Source of the DNA: the human T2T-CHM13v2.0 reference genome, Homo sapiens
Length of the DNA: 64,000 nt
Reading direction: 5' to 3' (one strand)
Assembly (NCBI RefSeq): GCF_009914755.1
Contig: NC_060930.1
The notes beneath the pieces are model-generated. The model was not told where the DNA came from. It did no database searches and worked only from the letters and a program-made list of their open reading frames with translations. Both the position numbers and the translations under genes were made by a program. Positions 14,053-27,457 of the stretch are shown piece by piece (positions within the stretch are counted from its first letter, which is position 1; each line of letters starts with the position of its first letter).

Positions 14053-17000
14053 TTTTTTAAAAATATGTATTTTTTTATTTCAATAAGTTTTGGGGGAACA
14101 GGTGGTGTTTGGTTACATGAATAAGTTGCTTAGTGGTGATTTCTGAGATTTTGGTGCACCCATCACCTGAGCAGTGTACATTCTACCCAATGTGTAGTCT
14201 TTTATCTGTCGCCAATTCCCACCCTTTCCCCTGAGTCCCCAAAGTCCATTGTATCATTCTTATGCCTTTGTGTCTTCATAGCTTAGCTCCCACATATAAG
14301 TGATAACATACAATGTTTGGTTTTCCATTCCTGAGTTACTTGACTTAGAATAATAGTCTCCAATTCCATCCAGGTCACTGAGAATGCCATTATTTCATTC
14401 CTTTTTATGTCTGAGTAGTATTCCATGAAGATATACACACACACACACACACACGTACATATATACATATACATATATACACATATATATTATGTACATA
14501 TATACATATACATATATACACATATATACATATATACATACATATATATATCACATTTTCTTTAACCACTCACAGATTGATGGGCATTTGGACTGGTTCC
14601 ACATTTTTGCAATTGCAAATTGTGCTGCTATAAACATGTGTGTGCAAGTATGTTTGTTGTATAATGACTTTTTTCTCTGGGTAGATACCCAGTAGCGGGA
14701 TTGCTGGATCAAACAGTATATCTACTTTTAGTAATTTAAGGACTCTCCACACTAGTTGCTATAGTGGTTGTATTCATTTATATTCCAACCAACATTGTAA
14801 AAATGTTCCCTTTTCACCGCATCAATGCCAACATCTATTTTTTAATTTTTTTATTATAGCCATTTTTTGTAGGAGTGAGGTGGTATCACATTGTTGTTTT
14901 AATTTGCATTTTCCTGATAATTAGTGATGTTGAGCATTTTTCCACATGCTTGTTGGCCATTGGTATATCTTCTTTTGAGAACTGTCTATTCATATCCTTA
15001 GCCCACTTTTCAATGACATTTTTTTTTTCTTGCTGATTTGTTTGAGTTTTCTGTAGACTCTGGATATTAATCCTTTGTCAGATGTATAGATTATGAAGAT
15101 TTTTTTCCAACTATGTGGGTTGTCTGTTAACTCTGCTAATTATTTCTTTGGCTGTGCAGAGGCTTTTTAATTTAATTAAGTCCCATCTATTTATCTTTGT
15201 TTTTGTTGCATTTGTGTTTGGGTTCTTGGTCACGAATTATTTGCCTAACTAGGAGGGTTTTCCCAAGTTATCTTCTAGAATCTTTGTGGTTTCAGGTCTT
15301 AGATTTAAGTTTTTGATCCATCTTGAGTTGATTTTTGTATAAGGAGAGAGGTGAGGACCTAATTTCATTCTTGTACATGTGGCTTGCCCATTATTTCAGC
15401 ACCATTTACTGAACAGGGTGTCCTTTCCCCACTTTATTTTGTTTTGTCAAAGATCAGTTGGCTATAAGTATTTGGCTTTATTTCTAGGTTCTCTATTCTG
15501 TTTCATTGGTCTATGTGCCTATTTTTATATCAGTACCAAGCTGCTTTGGTGTCTATGGTCTTATAGTATAGTTTGAAATCAGATAACATGATGCCTCCAG
15601 ATTTGTTCTTTTTGCTTAGTCTTGCTTTGGATATGTGGGCTCTTTTTTGGTTCCATATGAATTTTAGGATTGTTTTTTCTAGTTCTGTGAAGAATGATGG
15701 TGGTATTTTGATAGAAATTGCATTGAATTTGTAGAGTACTTTTGTCAGTATGGTCATTTTCACAACATTGATTCTACCCATTCATGAGCATGGGATGTGT
15801 TTCCATTTCTTTGTGTCATCTATGATTTCTTTCAGCAGTGTTTTGCAGTTTTTCTTGTAGAGGTCTTTCATGTTCTTGGGGAGATATATTCCTAAGTATT
15901 TTATTCTTTTGCAGCTATTTTAAAGGGGTTGAATTCTTGATTTGATTTTCAGCTTGGTTGCTACTGATGTATAGCAGAGCTACATATTTGTGTATATTAA
16001 TTATGTATCCTGAAACTTTGCTGAATCATTTACCGGTTCTAGAAGCTTTTTGGATGAGTCTTTAGGGTTTTCTAGGTATACAATAATATCATCAACAAAC
16101 AGCGACACTTTGACTTCTTCTTTATCAATTTGGATGACTTTTATTTCTTTCTCTTGTCCAATTGTGTTAGGTTCATAAGACTTCCAGTACTATGTTGAAT
16201 ATAAGTGGAAAAAGTGAGCAAACTTCTCTTGATCCAGTTCTCCAGGGGAATGCTTTCAGCTTTTCCCCATTCAGTATAATGTTGGCTGTGGGCTTGTTGT
16301 AGATGGCTTTTATTATCTTAAGGTATGTGCCTTCTATGCCAGTTTTGCTGAGGGTTTTGATCAGAAAGTGATGCTGAATTTTGCCAAATGTTTTCTCTGC
16401 ATCTATTGAGATGATCATGTAATTTTTATTTTTAATTATATTTCTGTGGTGTTTCACATTCATTGACTTATGTTAAACCATTCCTGCATCCCTGAGGCGA
16501 AATCCACTTGATCATGGTGGATTATCTTATTGACATTCTATTGGATTTGGTTCATTAGTTTTTTGTTGAAGATTGTTGCATCTATGTTTATTAGAGATAT
16601 TGGTCTGTTGTTCTCTTTTTTTGTTATGTTCTTCCCTGGTTTTGGTATTAGGGTGATACTGGCTTCTTAGAATGATTTAGGGAGAACTCCCTCTTTCTAT
16701 CTAGTGGAATAGTGTCAACAGGATTGGTACCAATTCTTCTTTGAATGGCTGATAGGATTCCACTGTGAATCTGTCTAGTCCTGGATTTTTTCTTGTTTTT
16801 GGCGATTTTTTAATTACCATTTCAATCTTGCTACTTGTTTTTGGTCTGTTCAGAGATTCGATATATTCTTGGTTTAGTCTAGGAGCATTGTATATTTCTA
16901 GGGATTTATCTATCTCGTCTAGGTTTTCTAGTTTATGTGTGCAAAGATATTCATAGTAGGCCTGAATAATCTTTTGTATCTCTGTGATATCAATTGTATT

Positions 17001-18412
17001 ATTTCTCATTTTGTTTCCAAATGAGTTTATTTGAATCTTCTCTATTCTTTTCTTGGTTAATATCACTAATGGTCTATCAGTTTTATTTATCTTTTCAAAG
17101 AACCAGCTTTTTGTTTCATTTATCTTTTGTATTTTTTTTTGTTAATTTTTTCAATTTTACTTAGTTCTTTGTTATTTCTTTTCTTCTGCTGGGTTTAGGT
17201 TTGAATTGTTCTTGTTTCTCTAGTTGCATGAGGTGTGACCTTAGATTGTCTATTTTTGCTCTTTCAGACTTTGGTGTAGGCATTTAATGCTATGAACTTT
17301 CCTCTTAGCACTGCTTTTGCTGTATCCCAGAGGTTTTGATAGGTCATGTCACTATTATCATTCAATTCAAATAATTTTTTAATTTCCATCTTGATTTCAT
17401 TGTTGATCCAACAATCATTCAGGAGCAGGTTATATAATTCCCATGTATTTGCATGGTTTTGAGAGTTTCTTTTGGAGTTGATTTCCAATTTTATTCCGCT
17501 GAGGTCTGAGAGAGTACTTGACATAATTTTGATTTTTCTTAAATTTACTAAGACTTCTTTTGTGGCCTATCATATAGTGTATCTTGGAGAATGTTTCATT
17601 GTTTCTTTGTTGACTTTCTGTCTTGTTGATATGTCTAGTGCTGTCAGTGAAATATTAAGTCAACCACTATTATTGTGTTGTTGTCTACCTTATTTCTTAG
17701 GTCTAGTAGTAACTGTTTATAAATTTGGGGTCTCCAGTGTTAGGTTCATATATATTTAGGATTGTAATATTTTCCCATTGGACTAGTTGTTATATTATTA
17801 AATAATGTCCCTCTTTGTCTTATTTAACTGCTGTTGCTTTAAAGTTTGTTTTGTCTGATATGAGAATAGCTACTCCTGCTCAATTTTGGTGTCCATCTGC
17901 ATGGAATATCTTTTTCCATCTTTTTACCTTAGGTTTATGTGAGTCCTTAGATGTTAGGTGAGTCTCCTGAAGACAGCAGGTGAATTCTTATCTATTTCTG
18001 CCATTGTGTATCTTTTAAGTGCAGCATTTAGGCCATTTACATTCAGTGTCAGTATTGAGATGTGAGGTACTATTCTATTCATTATGCTATTTGTTGCCTG
18101 AATACCTTGGTATTTTTTTCCTTGTGTTATTGTTATATAGGTCCTGTGAGATTTATCTTTTAAAGAGGCTCTATTTTGGTGTATTTCAAGGTTTTTTGTT
18201 TTTTTTTTCTCTTCAAGATTTAGAGCTCATTCTTGTAGTGCTGGCTTGGTAGTGGTGAATAGTCTGAGCATTTGTTTGTCTGGAAAAGACTGTATCTTCC
18301 CTTCCTTTATGAAGCTTAATTTCTCTGGATACAAAATTCTTGGCCGATAATTGCTTTGGGTAAGGAGGCTAAACATATTACCCCGATACCTTGTAGCTTG
18401 CAGAGTTTCTGT
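14053..18412 (-). mobile_element. 5'-truncated L1PB (L1PB1-like), ~4.3 kb, decayed ORF2 and ORF1 C-terminus
   Basis: L1PB 3' end caataagttttgggggaacaggtggtgtttggttacatgaataag; minus-strand ORF2 fragments ([53 protein letters not shown]). Confidence 0.93.
14431..14551. repeat. (CA)n/(TA,CATA)n microsatellite expanded inside the L1PB
   Basis: Direct reading. Confidence 0.95.
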
Positions 18413-18587
18413 TGGGTCTTTTGTTGTTCCATATAAATTTTAAAATTGTTTTGTCCTATTTCTATGAATAACATCATTGGTATTTAGATAAAGATTTTAT
18501 TGAATCTGTAGATTGCTTTGGGTAGTATGGACATTTTAACAATACTGACGTTTCCAATTTGAACCCATGAACGTGGAATACGTTCCG

Positions 18588-18986
<399 letters not shown>

Positions 18987-19265
18987 TAGATAAGTTAATT
19001 CCTAAGTATTATTTTTTATTTATAGCTGCTGTAAATATGACAAGATTCTTGATTTCTTCTTTAGAATTTTGGCTGTTGGCATATAGAAATGCTACTGATT
19101 TTTGTATTTTGACTTTGCATCCTGGAACTTTACTGAATTTGTTGATCAGTTCCAATAGATTTTTTTGGTTTAGATTTTTTTGGTTGAGTCTTCAGATGTT
19201 TCCAAATATAAGATTGTATCATCTGCAAACACAGATAATTTGACTTCTTCCTTTCCAATTTGGAT

Positions 19266-19690
19266 TTTTTTTTTTTTACTTTTTAATAATTTTATTTTTT
19301 TCTAATTTTGTTACTTTAATTTCCCATAGCATCTTGGCGATGTTGAAAACAAATACAAATACAATGATGTACTCATTTTAACATTTTATGCATGAGCATG
19401 TGTCACATGAATTTTGGGGGCAACGGTTTTGACAACAGGAACAAATCTAAGCAGTCGACAAAATAGAAGCCAGATAATTGGCTCTGACCCCCACCCCCAA
19501 CATTTAAGAGATGTCAAAGGACATCTAAATTAGGTTAAAAAATCAAATTGATACGGATATTTCAACAGTGTTCTGTGCTGCAAAACTGAAAATGAAACCA
19601 TTTAATACACAGCTCATTAATATCTGAGTTACACTTTTAGGAACTGTCTATTCAAAGAATCATAAAAAGTTGTCAGCTTTTAAAAATAAA
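19266..19690 (-). pseudogene. 5'-truncated processed retrocopy of an mRNA 3' UTR inserted in L1
   Basis: Non-L1 block splits contiguous L1 sequence; T13 run at 19265-19277 (poly(A) on minus), tttatt at 19291-19296 (AATAAA on minus), flanking tggat direct repeat at 19261-19265 and 19691-19695. From memory it resembles the RBMS1 3' end, unverified. Confidence 0.8.
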
Positions 19691-22600
19691 TGGATGCTAT
19701 TTCTTTCTTTCTCTTATCTGATTTCTCTAGCTAGGACTTCCAGTAATATTTTCAATAACAGTGGTGAAAATGTGCTTCTTTTTCATGTTTCAGATTTTAG
19801 AGAAAAGACTTTCAGTTTTTCACTATTCAGTATGATACTAGCTGTGGGTCTGTCATATATGGATTTTATTATGTTGAGGTATATTCCTTCTATACCAGCT
19901 TTTACAGGTATTTATCATGAAGGGATGTTCAAATTTATTGAATGTTTCTCACCATGAATTTAAAAATTGTATCTTTTTGTCCTTTATTCTGTTGATATGA
20001 TATATAACCTTGATTTGTGAACATCCTTTCATACCTCAAATGAATCTCACCTGGTCATGATGAATGATCTTCTTTATGCCATGTTGAACTTAGTTTGCTA
20101 ATATTTGTTAAGGATTTTCACTTCATTGTTCATCTGGAATATAAGCCTGTAGTTTTCTCTTTATGATGCACCTTTATTTTGGTATCAGGGTAATACTGGC
20201 CTCATAGATTGCCTCTCAAAGTATTGCCTTTGATTCTATGTTTTGGAATCGTTCGAGCTGGATTGGTATTAATTCTTCTTTAAATGTTTGGTAAAATCAA
20301 CAGTAAAGCCATCAGGTCCTGGGCTTTTCTTTATGGTTGACATTTTATTATGGCTTTGATCTTGCTTTGGATTTTTTAATGTTTTAATCTTGGTAGGTTG
20401 TATATGTCTAAACATTTATTTCCTTTCTTCTGGGTTTTTAAATTTATTGGCACAGAGTTTATTATAGTGGCCTCTAATGATCCTTTGAATTTCTGCAGTA
20501 TCAGACATAATGTCTCCTTTTTCATCTCTGGTTTTCTTTATTATAGTCTGTCTTTGTTTCTTAGTCTGGCTAAAGTTTTGTTAATTTTGTTCATATTTTC
20601 AAAAAACTAATTTTTTTATTTCATTGATTATTTGTATTGTTTTCTTCATTTCAACTTCATTTATCCTCTGATGTTTATTATTTCTTTTCTTCAACTAATT
20701 TTGTATTTGCTTTGCTCTTGCTTTTCTAGTTTTTTAAGAGGCATCACTAGGTTGCTCATTTTGAAGTTTTTCTTATGTTGTGATGTTGACACTTATAGCT
20801 ACAAACTTCCCTCTTACTATTCCTTTTGCTGTATTCCGTAGGTTTTTGTATGTTATGTTTCCATTATCATTGGTCAAAAAACTTTTCAAATTGCTTTTTA
20901 ATCTCTTCATTAACCCAGTGGTCATTTAGGAGGATATTGTTAATCTTCATATGTTTGTATAGTTTCCAAACTTCCTCTTGTTATTGATTTCTAATGTTAT
21001 TGTGTTGTGGTCAGAGAAGATGCTTCATATTATTTCAAATTTTTAATATGTTAAAACTTGCTTTATGGCCTAACATATGGTCTATTGTTGTGAATAATCC
21101 ATGTCCTGAGGAGAAGAATGTATATTCTGTAACTGTTGAATGAAAGGTTCTGTAAATATCTACTAGGCCCGTTGGGTCTATTGTGTAGACTAAGTCCAAA
21201 ATTTTCTTGATTTTCTGTCTGGACTATCTGTCCAATACTAAAAGCTGAGTGTTGAAGTCTCCAGATATGATTGTATCAGAAGCTGTTTCTCTCTTTAGCT
21301 CTAATATTATTTGCTATATATATCTGGGTGCTCCAGTGTTGAGGGTATATATATATTTACAGTTGTTGTATCTTCTCAATGGATTGATTATTTTATCATT
21401 ATATAGTGACCTTCTTTGGCTCTTTTTATAGTTTTTGTCTTGAAATCTTTTTTGTCTCTTTCAAGTATAGATACTCCTGCTATTTTTGGTTTCCTTCCCT
21501 TTATTTTCAGTCTATGTATGTCATTCTAGGTAGAGTGTTTCTTGTAGGCAACAGGTTATTGGATTTTTTTTTTCTTTATCCATTCAGTCACTCTGTGTTT
21601 TTGGTTGGAGACTTTATTTCATTTACATTCAATGTTATTAATAACGAATAAAGACTTCCTCCAGTCATTTTGTTATTCGTTTTCTCGTTGTTTTGAGGAA
21701 GATTTTTCCTTATTTCCTTCTTTCTTTCTTCCTTTTCTCTGTGATTTTCTCTACTGGTATCTTTAAATTTCATGCTTTTTATTTTTTATGTATCCATTAT
21801 ATTTTTTAGGCTCGAGGTTACCAAGAGGCTTGCAAATACTATCTTATAACTGATTATTTTAAACTGGTGAAAACTTAACACTGATTGCAAACTAAAACAG
21901 AAGCAGAGAAAAAAAACAACAAAATCTCTACCATTTAACTTTATCCTCCTGCTTTTTAAATTTTTGTTGTTCCTATTTATATATCTATTTATATATTTTA
22001 CATCTTCTATTTATATCTTTTATATTTATATCTTGTATTTTTGTAGTTTCCATTGTCTATATGTTCAAAAGTTATATAGTCATTTTTTATCAGTTCATCT
22101 TTATGTCTTTCTACTTAAGATAAGAGTTTACACACCAAAATTACATTACTATAACATTCTGTCTTTTTCTGTATATTTACTGTGAGTTTCATTCCTTCAG
22201 ATGATTTCTTACAGCTCACTAATGTCCATTTCTTTCAGATTGAAGTATTCCCTTCACACTTTTTGTAGTACAGGTCTGGTATTGATGAATTCTCTGTTTT
22301 TCTTTGTCTGGGAAAGTCTTTATTTCTCCTTCATGCTTGAAAGATAGTTTTGCTAGATTTACTATTCTGGGTAAAAGTTTGTTTTTGTATTTGTTTGTTT
22401 CTTCAGCACCTTAAATATGTCATACCACTTTTTCCTGACCTACAATGTTTCCACTGAGAAGTCTACTACCAGACATATCGAAATGTTTGTATAAGTTTTT
22501 TTTTCTTGCTGCTTTTAAGATCCTTTCTTTATCCTTGACCTTTGAGAGTTTGATTATTAAAAGCCTCGAGGTAGTCCTGTCTAGGTTAAATCTGCTTGGT

Positions 22601-24899
22601 GTTCTGTAACCTTCTTGTCTTGAATATTGATGTCTTGCTATAGGTTTGAGAAGTGTCTGTTTTTATTTCTTTAATTAAACATTCTACCCATATCTCTCCC
22701 TCTACCTCCTCATTAATGTCAATAACTCTTATATTTTCCCTTTTGAGGCTCTTTTCTAGATCTGGTAGCAGTGCTTTTTTCTTATTTATTTTATCTATTG
22801 TCTCCTTTGACTGTGTATTTTCAAATAGCCTGTTTTTGAGCTCACTAATTCTTTCTTCTGCCTGGTCAATTCTGCGTTAAGAGACTCTGAACCATTCTTC
22901 AATACGTCAATTGCATTTCTCAACTTCAGATTTTCTGCTTGATTCTTTGAAATTATTTCAATCTCCTTGTTAAATTTATATGATATGATTTCGAATTCCT
23001 TCTCTGTGTTATCTTGAACTTCTTCGAATTTCTTCAGAATAGCTATGTTGGATTCTCTTTCTGAAAGTTCACAAATCTCTTTCTCTCCAGGGTTTGTCCT
23101 TGATGTCTTATTTAGTTCATTTAGTGAGATCTTGTTTTCCTGAATGGTCTTAATGCTTGTGGATGTTTGCTAGTGTCTGGGGATTGAAAAGGTAGATATT
23201 TATTGTAGTCTTCCCAGTCTTGGCTTGTTTGTACCTGTCCTTCTAGGGAAGGATTTTTAGGTAATCAAAGGGACCTGGATGTTGCAATCTAAGTTTTTAG
23301 TCACTACATCCATTTCTGCATTAGGTGGTACCCCAAGCCCAGTAGCACTGCTCTTCTTGAAGACTCTATGGTTTCTGCCTTGGTGATCTTGAATAAGCTT
23401 CCGAAGTATTCTCCAGATTACCAGGCAGAGACTTTTTCTCCCCTTTCTTTCCCTCACCTAAATAGAGTCTCCCTCTGTGCTGAGCTGTCTAGAGCTAGTG
23501 GAGGAGTGATACTAGTACCCCTGTGGCCACCACTACTGGTTGGTAGTGTTCTGGTTAAGACCGGTATTCCGCATATCACTGGTCTCACCCAAGGCCAACT
23601 GTAATCACTACCTTGCTACTGCTAATGTAAACTCAAGGCCCTATGTCTCTAAAATCAGCAGATGGTAGAGCCAGCTAGTCTGTGTCCTTCCCTTCTGGAT
23701 GGTGAGTTTCCCCAGGCCCTGGGCATATCCACAGATGGTGTCCCGGAGCCATGGCCTAGAGTCAGAAACCTTAGAAATCTACCTAGTACTGTATTCTACT
23801 GTGGCTGGGCTACCACTGAAACCAAAAGATGATGTTCCTTTCTCTCTTCCCTCCCCTTTCCACAAGCAGAAGTGTCTCTCCCTATCTATCACCACCACAG
23901 GTCCACAGTCAGCACTGCCAGGATACTGCTGATGTTTACTTATGGCCCAAGTGCTCTTCAGTCAGTATGTGGTGAATGCTGTCTGGCTTGGCACTCACCC
24001 TAAGTGCAGTAGGCTCGCCTCTGGACCAGGGTAGTTCCAGAAATGCCATCTAAGATCCATGGCCTGGAATTGGGGATCCCAAGAGCTCTTCCCCTCTGTG
24101 GCTGAGCTGGTATCTAAACTGGAAGAAAAAGTCCTCTTTAATCTTCCTTCTGCTTTCCTCAAGCAGGACTCTCTCCTCATGGCCACCACTGCTTGGAATG
24201 TGCTGGGTCACATCCAAAGCCGGCATAACCCAGAGTCTCACCCAAGGCTCATGGTATTTACTACCTGGTTTCTGGGCCCAAGGGCTCTTTAGTCAGTCAA
24301 TGATGATTCCTCCCAGGACTGAATCCTTCCCTTCAATGCATTGGTTTCCTCTCTGGACAAGGGTATGTCTGGAAAGTTCATCCAGGAACTAGGGCCTGAA
24401 ATGTGGGCATCATGACTCTGCCCAGTGCCCTATCCTGGTGTGACTGAGCTGCTATCCAAATTACAAGATAAAGTCCTCTTTGTTCGTTCTTCTCTTCTCA
24501 CTTGATTTTTTTGTTTTTATACAGGGGCTTTTTTGGTAAACAATTGTTAATTTGCTCTTTCTGTGGGGAGGATGATCAGTGGAAGCTTCTATTCATCCAT
24601 CTTGCTCCATCTCCAATTTTCTAATTATTCATTCTGTATTAATCTTTTAGAATTATCTCAGGGACTACCATATGCTTCTTTGACATACTGGAGTCTAATT
24701 AGTACTTTTATTACTCCCTAGACAATGAGAAAGCTAAAATTATTTTGATTCTAGTCTCTTCCTTCTCATCCTTTCCACTATCATTTTCAGATATTTTAAT
24801 TCTATATAAATTTAAAACCAAACATAATGTTCTTATCATTTTAAACAATATAAATTTGTATTTTCACACATTTTCCAGTGATTCACATGTTTCTTGCAT

Positions 24900-25155
24900 T
24901 TTCTTGCTTGCACATGGGTTAATTTTCTATTGGGTTTGGAGAATATCCATTAATGTTCCCTTTAATGAAGTTCTGCTGGTGATAATTTACATTCTTTCAG
25001 TTTTGTTTCGTTAAAAATGCTGTTATTTCACCCTTATCTGTACTCACTTTCGTGGAGTATATAATTCCAAGTGAGGAGTTATTTTGTGTAAGGGATACTT
25101 TTCTATATATTTTACAGTTTCCATTGAAAAGTCTGTTATAGTTGCTCCATAAACA

Positions 25156-25207
<52 letters not shown>

Positions 25208-26170
25208 ATGGCTGCTTTTAAGATTTTCCAGTGTTCAATTTTCAGCACTTTTACTATAGCATACTTATTCGCAGTTTTCTTTGAGTTCATAGTGCTTGGA
25301 GTTCATAAAACTTAAATCTAGGGCCAGATGTCTCATCAGATTAAGAGAGATCTACGCTAATATTTCTTCAAATATAGCTTCTATCCTTTTCTTTTTCATG
25401 TTTTTCTCCTGATGTCATAATAATATGTAAATATTTTTACCATGTACAATATTTCACTTTTGCTTTTTTCTTATTCCTCTTTATTTCTGTGTGTAATTCA
25501 ATTATTTTAAAACTGACAGATTTTAAATTATTAAATTATTTTTATTAAATTATTAAATTAAATTTAATTACATTTAATTGTTAAATTATTAAACTATTTT
25601 TTAATTATTTTAAAACTCACAGATTCTAGCATTTTCTTGTTTGTAATTTTCTATAAACCCTTCTATTGAATATGTAATTTAATTTTAAATTGATTTAGCT
25701 TTAGAATTTACACTCAATTACCATTTTCTCCCCTAAAATGATTTGAGTAAACTTTTTCCTTATAGACTAAATAATATTTTTAATTTTCCATTTCCTAATT
25801 TATGATTTATTAAAAGTATTACTTATAATTTTAAAAAATCTCTTCTGATATCTCAGATTTCTGGATAATCTGTGTTTGTGTGTGTGTGTCAATTTTGTCT
25901 TTTGATCTCTCTCTGGTTTTAAGTCATGGAATCCCAATTGTTGGCATGCTTGCTGACTTTCTGTTATTGAATTTTAAACATTGCATAGGAAAAGAATATA
26001 GAGTGTCTAGATGACATTTTCCTTCAGTGAGAATTCATTTCCCTTTTGTCAAAAATACATACATAAAAGCATATTATCTTGATGCAGTTGAGGCTGTGTT
26101 ATATAGTTTATTAAGGCTGATGTATTTCTGGTTTGTCTTTACTCTTAAGGTGTAGTTTTTTTGCTCTATG
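24900..26170 (-). mobile_element. Ancient L1M ORF1-region fragments
   Basis: aagttctgctggtgataatttac, tttccattgaaaagtctgttatagtt, tggctgcttttaagattttcc, taatatttcttcaaatatagcttct. Confidence 0.55.
25158..25203. repeat. (TG)~23 microsatellite
   Basis: Direct reading. Confidence 0.98.
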
Positions 26171-26189
26171 AATTGCTCTTATGTGATCT

Positions 26190-27457
26190 TGTCACAGGAT
26201 TGTTGGGGTGTCGCTTCACCAGCTGGAAACCTCTGTGGTCGGCGCCACCTTCTGCCTGAATATTGCCCACACCCACTGGGCTTGTTTCACCCACTCAGCC
26301 TGGCAGGCTGCACTAAGCTTGTGATACCAGCCCAGATCCCTCACCTGCCAAGGGCGAGCCAGGCCCTGGGCGGTGAGGGCCACTGTGCACAGCCAGGCAT
26401 GCCAGCTGCTGCAGCAGGGCAGGCGTCTACATCTGGATGAGGGGAATGCAGTGGGACCTGGAAGCAGAGCCCCAAAGACAGTGTCATAGTCCTGGCTCAG
26501 GAACCCCTAGATCTGGGCTTTCCAAAGGGCCACAGCTCTTCTCTCCTCGCTGCCCTCAATGTGGCGAATGTGGGGATGTGTTTCAGCCCTGTTGGAGTTA
26601 CCACTCCTTCAGTGCCATCATTCAGCAGGTCCTGAATTCTTGTCATGCATCCAGAAAGAATGAGGTATGTGGACAACTAGAGGGTGAGCAAGGTGGAGAG
26701 GAGCTTCATTAAGTGATAGAACAGCTCTCAGGAGACACGAAATGGGTAGCTCCTTTCCACAGGCAGTTCATCCCAATGAGTCAAGGAGACCCAAAGTGGG
26801 TAGCTCCTTCCCAAAGCTGGTAGTCTTGATGTCTGTCCAAGTCTGGCTGAGTCTGAAGATTTTATGGGTTCAAAAGGCAGAAAGTGCATGCTAATTCATC
26901 CGTGGGTGGCCATGGGCAGGCCTGGAAAAAGCACCAAAAGTTCTCACTCTGGGACCTGCTGTCCACAGCACCCAGGCTGTTCATGCTGAGGAGCACCTGC
27001 AGGTTCATGCCGAGCTTCCCTCAGTGCCCCTAGCCTGCCTCACTGAGTTCATCAAAGTTTTCGAGGAGACTGAGGCAATGGGAGGGCTGGTGTGTAAGCA
27101 CTGTTCTGAGCACATGAACACCTGGTCAGGTCCTGACAGTGCCTGGGCTTAGCTTCAACTTTACTACAACATCAGAGCAGAAACAGGGAGTAGGAACAGA
27201 CACTTCCAAGCCTTTAGGGGCAGGGGGGCTTCCTGGGTCCCTAAAAGCGCAGGGATGCCTGGGTCCAGAGCTGTGGCTGCACAGCTGCAGCTGTGCCTAG
27301 GAGTGCGGGACTCCCACCCTGCCAAGTCAGTAGGGGATGAGGCTTCCTCCTGTTCCTGGCCCCCACCAGCTCCACAGAGCATGTAGTCTCGGTCACAGGT
27401 CATGCTGCAGCTGGCATTCCCTCAGCAGCAAATCCAGATGAGCCGCTGCTGCCATCA
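26190..27457 (-). mobile_element. MER52 ERV1 solo LTR
   Basis: GC-rich 1.27 kb, tgtcacaggattgttggggtgtcgcttcaccagctggaaacctctgtgg...agccgctgctgccatca; TG..CA ends; 4-bp flanks atct/gtct. Confidence 0.88.

Noticed and set aside
19266-19690. Possible NUMT or viral insert
   Set aside because: Poly(A) tail plus AATAAA fits a nuclear mRNA 3' end; I see no mitochondrial or viral similarity.
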